A stretch of 64,000 bases of DNA from Bacteroidales bacterium (GTDB lineage: Bacteria; Bacteroidota; Bacteroidia; Bacteroidales; Paludibacteraceae), in contig DUQS01000042.1 of the NCBI GenBank assembly GCA_012837685.1, positions 11,739-75,738 of the forward strand, in the 5' to 3' direction. The notes beneath the pieces are model-generated. The model had not been told where the DNA came from. It was given only the letters and a program-made list of their open reading frames with translations, and made no database searches. How positions within the stretch are numbered: the stretch's first letter is position 1; every line of letters starts with the position of its first letter. The position numbers and the translations under genes are program-made. Of this stretch, positions 58,493-64,000 are shown one piece after another.

Positions 58493-59932
58493 ATGAGAAA
58501 AAATTATGTAGTATGTTTGTGCGTTCTACTATTGTGTGGAGTTACATCGTCCGCTTTTGCAGCTAAAAAGAATTCTCGAAAAGAGATAAGGGATTCTTTG
58601 AAAAAAACCGAAGTGGATATACGCTATTTGAGGGAAAAGTGTAACCATTGGTCCATTGCTGCTCACGTAGGTGTTGGATTTTTAGATGGCGACCAATCCC
58701 AGAAATATAATCATATTTTTCCGCGTACTTTCGCCAAATGTTCGTTTGGTGTTGATGTGGAATACACATTTAACCCTATATTCGGTCTTTATCTCGAATA
58801 TATGCGTAATCCGTATGCGGGAAAAGGGTCGTATGAATATTACTTCAAAGCTAATGGAGGCTACAATTATTTGCAGAAAACGCCGATAGAGTTCAAAGGT
58901 TTGTCGCATACTGTAAACGTCGGTTTATCTGTCAATATGTTGAATTTATTTTACCGTTACAGAAAACAAGTTGTTGGTTTGTATGTCAATACCGGCCTTG
59001 GTATGGCATTTTATGAAACAACAGCTTATGAACCCGGAACTACTGATGTAATGGATAAAATACTGAACGGTGCACATATCGCTCCTTCGTTCAAAAATGG
59101 TCGTTGCATGGTGATACCGGTTGGATTTACGTTAGAATATAATCCGACTCGTTACTTGGCAATTGTGTGGAATTCACAATACCGTTTACATACAAAGGAT
59201 AATTGGGACTGTATGCAGAAAGCTCAAAACAATGATAACTTTCTGTACACAGGTTTAGGCTTGCGTTGGAAAATTAATTCTGTTAAATATAAAGAACGTA
59301 AGCATGTGCGTGATATGTGCGCTGGTGAATTTGAAAAAGAGATGGGTGTAGCCATGGCTGCTGCTAATGCTCTGACGATTAATAATATAACAAACAAAAT
59401 AGACACCCTAGCCGATCGTGTAGATAAGATTGAACCTCAGGTTAATGAGTTGTACAACGAATCGCAACGCATTATTCCCGATAGCGATTTGGATGGTGTT
59501 CCCGATACGCGCGATAGAGAGCCGAATACGCCGGAAGGTTCATTTGTGAACTACTACGGAGAAGCTCTTACGGCAGAAGAAATACAAAAAATATTGGGTG
59601 ACAGTGGTGATAATATGCCGGCTATTTATTTCGAATTGGGCTCTTCAAGTTTGAATGCACAGTCTGCAGTTGTATTTGCCGATATTGCACGCAAGATGTA
59701 CAAAGACAAAAATTTGAAACTTGAATTGCGTGGTTATTGCGATTATGTAGGCTCAGAAGCCTTTAACCAAGGTTTGAGTGTACGTCGTGCCGAAACGGTA
59801 AGAAATGAATTGGTAGCCAAATATGGTATAGATGCCAAACGCATTACCGTAATCGGTATGGGCAGAATACAAGGTCCTACGGATAACTTTTTGCCCAATA
59901 GACGTTGTGATTTCCTATTAAAGAAGAAATAA
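58493..59932 (+). CDS. OmpA-family outer-membrane protein (N-terminal barrel, TSP3 calcium-binding repeat, C-terminal OmpA/peptidoglycan-binding domain)
   Basis: Signal peptide, beta-rich N-half, coiled linker, DSDLDGVPDTRDREPNTP (thrombospondin type 3), OmpA_C motifs LELRGYCDYVGSEAFNQGLSVRRAETV. Confidence 0.88.
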   Translation: MRKNYVVCLCVLLLCGVTSSAFAAKKNSRKEIRDSLKKTEVDIRYLREKCNHWSIAAHVGVGFLDGDQSQKYNHIFPRTFAKCSFGVDVEYTFNPIFGLYLEYMRNPYAGKGSYEYYFKANGGYNYLQKTPIEFKGLSHTVNVGLSVNMLNLFYRYRKQVVGLYVNTGLGMAFYETTAYEPGTTDVMDKILNGAHIAPSFKNGRCMVIPVGFTLEYNPTRYLAIVWNSQYRLHTKDNWDCMQKAQNNDNFLYTGLGLRWKINSVKYKERKHVRDMCAGEFEKEMGVAMAAANALTINNITNKIDTLADRVDKIEPQVNELYNESQRIIPDSDLDGVPDTRDREPNTPEGSFVNYYGEALTAEEIQKILGDSGDNMPAIYFELGSSSLNAQSAVVFADIARKMYKDKNLKLELRGYCDYVGSEAFNQGLSVRRAETVRNELVAKYGIDAKRITVIGMGRIQGPTDNFLPNRRCDFLLKKK

Positions 59933-59951
59933 AGTTCGAAAATAATCACAA

Positions 59952-59985
59952 AAGAAAGCCACAACAATTTTGCTGTGGCTTTCTT
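59952..59985 (+). terminator. Terminator after the OmpA-family gene (end of the porP-porN-ompA unit)
   Basis: AAGAAAGCCACA (59952-59963) / TGTGGCTTTCTT (59974-59985), a 12-bp stem. Confidence 0.7.
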
Positions 59986-60002
59986 GTAAATTATATTACA
60001 CA

Positions 60003-60824
60003 ATGCAAAATAAATCTGAAAATCTTAAATGGGCGCATGTGGCGGACATGATGCGTTCCGAAATTTGCAATTATATACGGCAGAATAAACTTCGAGCGGT
60101 AGTTTTAGGCGAGTCGGGCGGTATCGATTCCGCTTTAACATCGGCATTAGTATCAGATGTTTGCAAGGAATTAGATATTCCGTTTTTTGGGCGCTGTTTG
60201 TCCATCGAAACCAATACTTCCGAAGAAATAGAACGCGCCATTGCCGTAGGTAGCAGTTTTTGCTCCGATTTCAAGCATGTTGATTTGACATTATTGTATC
60301 AGCAGACAGTGGTTGCCATAGAAGAGACTGATGGTAACGAAAATTGCAATACAAAAGAGTATAAGTTGAGAATGGGAAATATCAAGGCGCGCTTGCGAAT
60401 GATATACCTTTATAATTTAGCCCAAAAACACAAAGGCATAGTTCTGGGTACGGATAATTATACCGAATGGATGCTTGGTTTTTGGACACTCCATGGCGAT
60501 GTGGGCGATTATAATTTGTTATTTGGTTTGTGGAAAACGGAAGTGTACAAATTGGCTAATTTTATTGTTTCAACTTTACAAGACGAACGTCAAAAAGCGG
60601 CTTTGCTGTCGTGCATACAATGTTTTCCAACCGATGGTTTGGGTATAACATCAACCGATGTGGAACAGTTTGGTGCTACAAGTTATGATGAAGTGGATGC
60701 AGCTCTGCAAGCTTATCTCATTGATGGAAGCGATAAAATTAACCCTTTGGTTGTGGCGAGACACAAAGCATCTCAATTTAAGCGTGAAAATCCTATATTT
60801 GTCAAGCGCGATAAGTATTTTTAG
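60003..60824 (+). CDS. nadE: Ammonia-dependent NAD(+) synthetase
   Basis: PP-loop LGESGGIDSA, LGTDNYTE. ATG at 60003; the track start 59970 (TTG) lies inside the upstream terminator hairpin. Confidence 0.88.
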   Translation: MQNKSENLKWAHVADMMRSEICNYIRQNKLRAVVLGESGGIDSALTSALVSDVCKELDIPFFGRCLSIETNTSEEIERAIAVGSSFCSDFKHVDLTLLYQQTVVAIEETDGNENCNTKEYKLRMGNIKARLRMIYLYNLAQKHKGIVLGTDNYTEWMLGFWTLHGDVGDYNLLFGLWKTEVYKLANFIVSTLQDERQKAALLSCIQCFPTDGLGITSTDVEQFGATSYDEVDAALQAYLIDGSDKINPLVVARHKASQFKRENPIFVKRDKYF

Positions 60825-61579
60825 AACATCCGTCGTCTGAATTCCGAGCAAGTAATGGCAGTGGCGACGGCTACATTGAGAGATTCGGATGTTTTGGCAT
60901 TAATAGGAAAATTAGGTATAAAAAGTCGGTGCGAAATGAGTGGCTGCAATTCGGTAGAAATGCCTTTTCCTTCGTTGCCCATGATTATCAAACCGTTAGG
61001 TGTTAGAGTGTCGGTGTAGATATTTTTCCCGTCCAAGAACGTTCCATAGAGTGGAATGTTCTTTTTTTTGCAGTGCTGCAAGAGTGGAGTAAGTTCCATG
61101 TAGTGTGTTCGTACTCTGGCGATAGCTCCCATTGTAGCCTGAATGGTTTTTGAATTATAGACATCGGCAGAGTGCGGTGAACAGATGATATTGTTGATGC
61201 CAAACCAATCGGCAATGCGTATGATGGTGCCTAAATTTCCGGGATCTTGTATATCGTCAAGGGCGATGACTAAATTGGTATCTAACACATCAGGTTCAAA
61301 AGTATATTCGGGTTGCTTGAATACGCCGATAACGGATGCGGGCGTTTTTAATTGCGTGATTTTCTTTAACTCTTCGGCATTGGCTTTTATAATTGTGTTG
61401 CTGCGAACAACTGTTTTTCCTGATAAATAATCGTCGGTAGCGACAAGTAGTTCACATTGGAAATGTTCCAAAAGCTCATCTACAAGTTTTTCTCCTTCGG
61501 CTACAAACAGTCGCTCGGCATCGCGTCTTTTTTTCATGGATAATGCCGTAATGTATTTGATGTTGTTTTTAGATAGCAT
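60821..61579 (-). CDS. TrmH/SpoU family RNA 2'-O-methyltransferase
   Basis: 252 aa. LDDIQDPGNLGTIIR, GNEGKGIS, SLNVAVA SPOUT motifs. Convergent 4-nt overlap with nadE. Confidence 0.88.
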   Translation of the reverse strand: MLSKNNIKYITALSMKKRRDAERLFVAEGEKLVDELLEHFQCELLVATDDYLSGKTVVRSNTIIKANAEELKKITQLKTPASVIGVFKQPEYTFEPDVLDTNLVIALDDIQDPGNLGTIIRIADWFGINNIICSPHSADVYNSKTIQATMGAIARVRTHYMELTPLLQHCKKKNIPLYGTFLDGKNIYTDTLTPNGLIIMGNEGKGISTELQPLISHRLFIPNFPINAKTSESLNVAVATAITCSEFRRRMF

Positions 61580-61651
61580 ACAAAATGGGGTCGTGTGTTT
61601 ATTTCTTCAAATTTGATAGTGCAAATTTAAAGAAAATCCCCAAAATATCCG

Positions 61652-61659
61652 TATATTTG
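61652..61659 (+). promoter_or_regulatory. -7 box (TATATTTG) upstream of the Omp85-family gene
   Basis: Exact match 31 nt before the ATG at 61690, and downstream of the ORF-track start at 61585. Confidence 0.4.
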
Positions 61660-61689
61660 CGAGATATTTGGATAAAAATACTCAAAAAC

Positions 61690-63978
61690 ATGCGCAACTA
61701 CTATTTTACGAATATTGTTAAGCTGTTGGTGCTGGGATGTAGCCTTTTGGCTTGTTCTTGCAGTTCGGTTAAGTATGTGCCGGAAGATAAGCAGTTGCTG
61801 AATAAAGTTCGTTTCAAATCCGATATTCCCGATATAAAATCCGAACAACTTTCTCCATTTCTCCAACAAGCTCCCAATAGTTATATGTTCAGTATTATGC
61901 GGGTAAAATTGGGCGTGTACAATATGTCAGGCAGAGACACCACCAAATGGATAAATCGCTGGTTGAGGAAAATAGGTGAAGCACCGGTGGTGTATGATTC
62001 GTTGTTGACGCAGCGCACCAAAGAAGAGTTGGAACGTGAGTTGAAAAACAAAGGTTACTACGATGCGGAAGTGGACGTAAAAAAGCAGGAAAAAAAACGC
62101 AAGGTCAAATTGACTTATGATATTACAGGCAATGAACCTTATATAATAAGTAGTTACAATGTTTCGCTGCCCGATGATTCGGCGATGCTAATCCTTAATA
62201 GACGCGACACGGCTGCTATGTTGAAAGCCGGACAATTATTTGACTTAGCGTTGATGGATAAAGAGCGTGAAAATGTAACGTTGATGCTACGTAATAATGG
62301 TTATTACAATTTTCAAAAAGAATTGTTGGGGTTTAAAGCCGATAGTGCCAATCATAAAGTGGCGCTTAAAATGGAGTTACAAGAGCGTTATTTGAAAAAC
62401 GATTCTTTGCGTGAAGTCATTTTTCGCAAAAAAAAGGTAGGCAACGTTTACATCTACAGCATTACCGATGCAGCCAATATGCTGACATTATCTTCTGACA
62501 CCGTACAGTTGGATACGACTTATTATCAGGGCTATTGTGTGATTTCGGACAATCGTAAAAAACGCATTCGTGCATCGGCTTTGGCTGCCAAAACGTTTAT
62601 TCGTCCGCATGAAATGTATAGAGAAAGGTGGGTAACCAGAACCTACGAAAGGTTGAATAATTTGCCGGCTGTAAAATATGTGAACGTGAGTTTTTATGAT
62701 GTCGGCAATGATGTGTTGGATTGCTATATTGTTGTGTCGCCTGAAAAAGCTCATTCGTTTTCCGTCAATATCGAAGGAACCAATTCCGATGGCAACTTAG
62801 GTGTTGGTGTTGGTGTAACTTACCAAAATCGTAATATTTTTAAAGGTTCGGAAACTTTAAAGATTGGCGTAAATGGAGCTTACGAAGCAATGAGAAAAGA
62901 TGGTGTATTTTATCATTCGGCAGAAATAGGAGGTGAATTGGGAATTGTTTTTCCTTCGCTGTTGATGCCGTTCTCTACCAAATCGTTTCGCCAACAATCG
63001 CTCGGGACGACGGAATTATCGGCGAGCTATAATTTTCAACGGCGACCGGAATATGTGCGTAATATTGCCAATGTTGCTTTCAAGTACGTATGGATGAGGC
63101 GTAATGTGCGTTACACGTTCGATTTGATAGATTTTAGCCTTATTTATTTGCCTTGGATGACGGGTGAATTTGCAGAGAAATATTTAAATCCTTCATCATC
63201 GGTGCGTTACAGCTACGAAGACCACGTTATTTCACGAATAGGTTTTGGAGTATCTTACACTTCACAGACCAGAGCTAATAGTTTGAGGAATTATTATTCA
63301 ATTCGAGGAGGAGTGCAAACTGCCGGCAATTTGTTGTATGGATTAAGCAAATTGTTTAAGCAAGAAAAAAACAATGGCAGCTATGAATTATTCCATGTTC
63401 CTTATTCACAATATGTTAAAGGATATTTTGATTTTTCGTACAATCAAATTTTCAATCCAAAAGTGCGCTTAGTTTGGCATACGGCGTTGGGCATAGGATT
63501 TCCTTATGGCAATGCTAGCGTGTTGCCTTTTGAAGAACGCTTTTTTGCCGGTGGCGCCAATGGTTTGCGTGGCTGGTCGGTGCGTTCGTTGGGACCGGGT
63601 GCTTATAAAAATACTACCGGATATATCGATTACATGAACCAATCCGGTGATATAAAATTTGATTTAAATGTGGAAGCTCGCTTTAAACTATTTTGGAAGT
63701 TGGAAGGCGCTGCTTTCATAGATGCCGGTAATATTTGGACAATAAAAGCTTATAAAGAGCAACCGGAAGGACAGTTTCAATGGAGTGAATTTTATAAACA
63801 AATAGGATGCAGCTATGGAATAGGGCTGAGGCTCAATTTTGATTTTTTCGTTATTCGTGTAGACATGGGGTTAAAGTTGTATGACCCTTGTTATGAAACA
63901 CGTTCGGAGCGTTGGCGCAGTTCGTTTAACTGGAAAGATGATATAGCATTTCATTTTGCTGTGGGTTATCCTTTCTAA
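61690..63978 (+). CDS. Omp85 (BamA/TamA) family outer-membrane protein
   Basis: About 762 aa from ATG 61690, supported by a TAnnTTTG box at 61652-61659. Lipoprotein-like leader LLACSCSS, POTRA-like N-region, C-terminal barrel with FFAGGANGLRGW and terminal ...FAVGYPF. Confidence 0.82.
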   Translation: MRNYYFTNIVKLLVLGCSLLACSCSSVKYVPEDKQLLNKVRFKSDIPDIKSEQLSPFLQQAPNSYMFSIMRVKLGVYNMSGRDTTKWINRWLRKIGEAPVVYDSLLTQRTKEELERELKNKGYYDAEVDVKKQEKKRKVKLTYDITGNEPYIISSYNVSLPDDSAMLILNRRDTAAMLKAGQLFDLALMDKERENVTLMLRNNGYYNFQKELLGFKADSANHKVALKMELQERYLKNDSLREVIFRKKKVGNVYIYSITDAANMLTLSSDTVQLDTTYYQGYCVISDNRKKRIRASALAAKTFIRPHEMYRERWVTRTYERLNNLPAVKYVNVSFYDVGNDVLDCYIVVSPEKAHSFSVNIEGTNSDGNLGVGVGVTYQNRNIFKGSETLKIGVNGAYEAMRKDGVFYHSAEIGGELGIVFPSLLMPFSTKSFRQQSLGTTELSASYNFQRRPEYVRNIANVAFKYVWMRRNVRYTFDLIDFSLIYLPWMTGEFAEKYLNPSSSVRYSYEDHVISRIGFGVSYTSQTRANSLRNYYSIRGGVQTAGNLLYGLSKLFKQEKNNGSYELFHVPYSQYVKGYFDFSYNQIFNPKVRLVWHTALGIGFPYGNASVLPFEERFFAGGANGLRGWSVRSLGPGAYKNTTGYIDYMNQSGDIKFDLNVEARFKLFWKLEGAAFIDAGNIWTIKAYKEQPEGQFQWSEFYKQIGCSYGIGLRLNFDFFVIRVDMGLKLYDPCYETRSERWRSSFNWKDDIAFHFAVGYPF

Positions 63979-64000
63979 ATTTTATTTATTATGATGAAAA

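Overview
This is a dense, almost fully coding chromosomal segment: 61 CDS and 5 tRNA genes that I can support, and no rRNA. It comes from an AT-rich Bacteroidota genome, probably Bacteroidales-like. The evidence is type IX secretion genes, recurrent TAnnTTTG -7 promoter boxes, no obvious Shine-Dalgarno sequences, and the gene order.

Most of the content is core housekeeping:
- prfA-cls-ribD, lon, HU, queA, rex, ispF, lpxK, speB, thiL and rpiB.
- The conserved block rpsU - tyrosine recombinase - hpf - tRNA(Thr-Tyr-Gly-Thr) - tuf - tRNA-Trp - secE - nusG - rplKAJL - rpoBC, at about 28.2-43.0 kb.
- fmt/nadK, pdxJ-exbB-exbD-tonB, nadE and a TamA/BamA-like Omp85 protein.

Two type IX secretion (T9SS) loci are present: porU-porV (13.7-18.8 kb) and porP-porK-porL-porM-porN (52.7-58.5 kb). 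Three proteins carry T9SS C-terminal sorting domains: PorU itself, a GDPD-family protein and an ExeM/NucH-type nuclease.

I see no CRISPR array, transposase, prophage, toxin-antitoxin pair or recognisable defence island, and no intergenic gap larger than about 215 nt. I therefore cannot point to a clear-cut novel multi-gene system. The best candidates for under-described biology are:
1. An operon of two translationally coupled rhomboid proteases plus a membrane-anchored EEP phosphoesterase.
2. A six-repeat PCMD-type surface lipoprotein tightly coupled to a small outer-membrane beta-barrel.
3. A DUF2027-like/Smr fusion lying tail-to-tail with SUI1/YciH.
4. A DUF2795 mini-protein and an OmpA/TSP3 protein directly flanking the porPKLMN operon.
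5. A secreted nuclease gene spaced 2 nt from a cytoplasmic HD hydrolase gene.

All functional calls rest on motifs read from the supplied translations and on my own translation or folding of the sequence. No database search was run.
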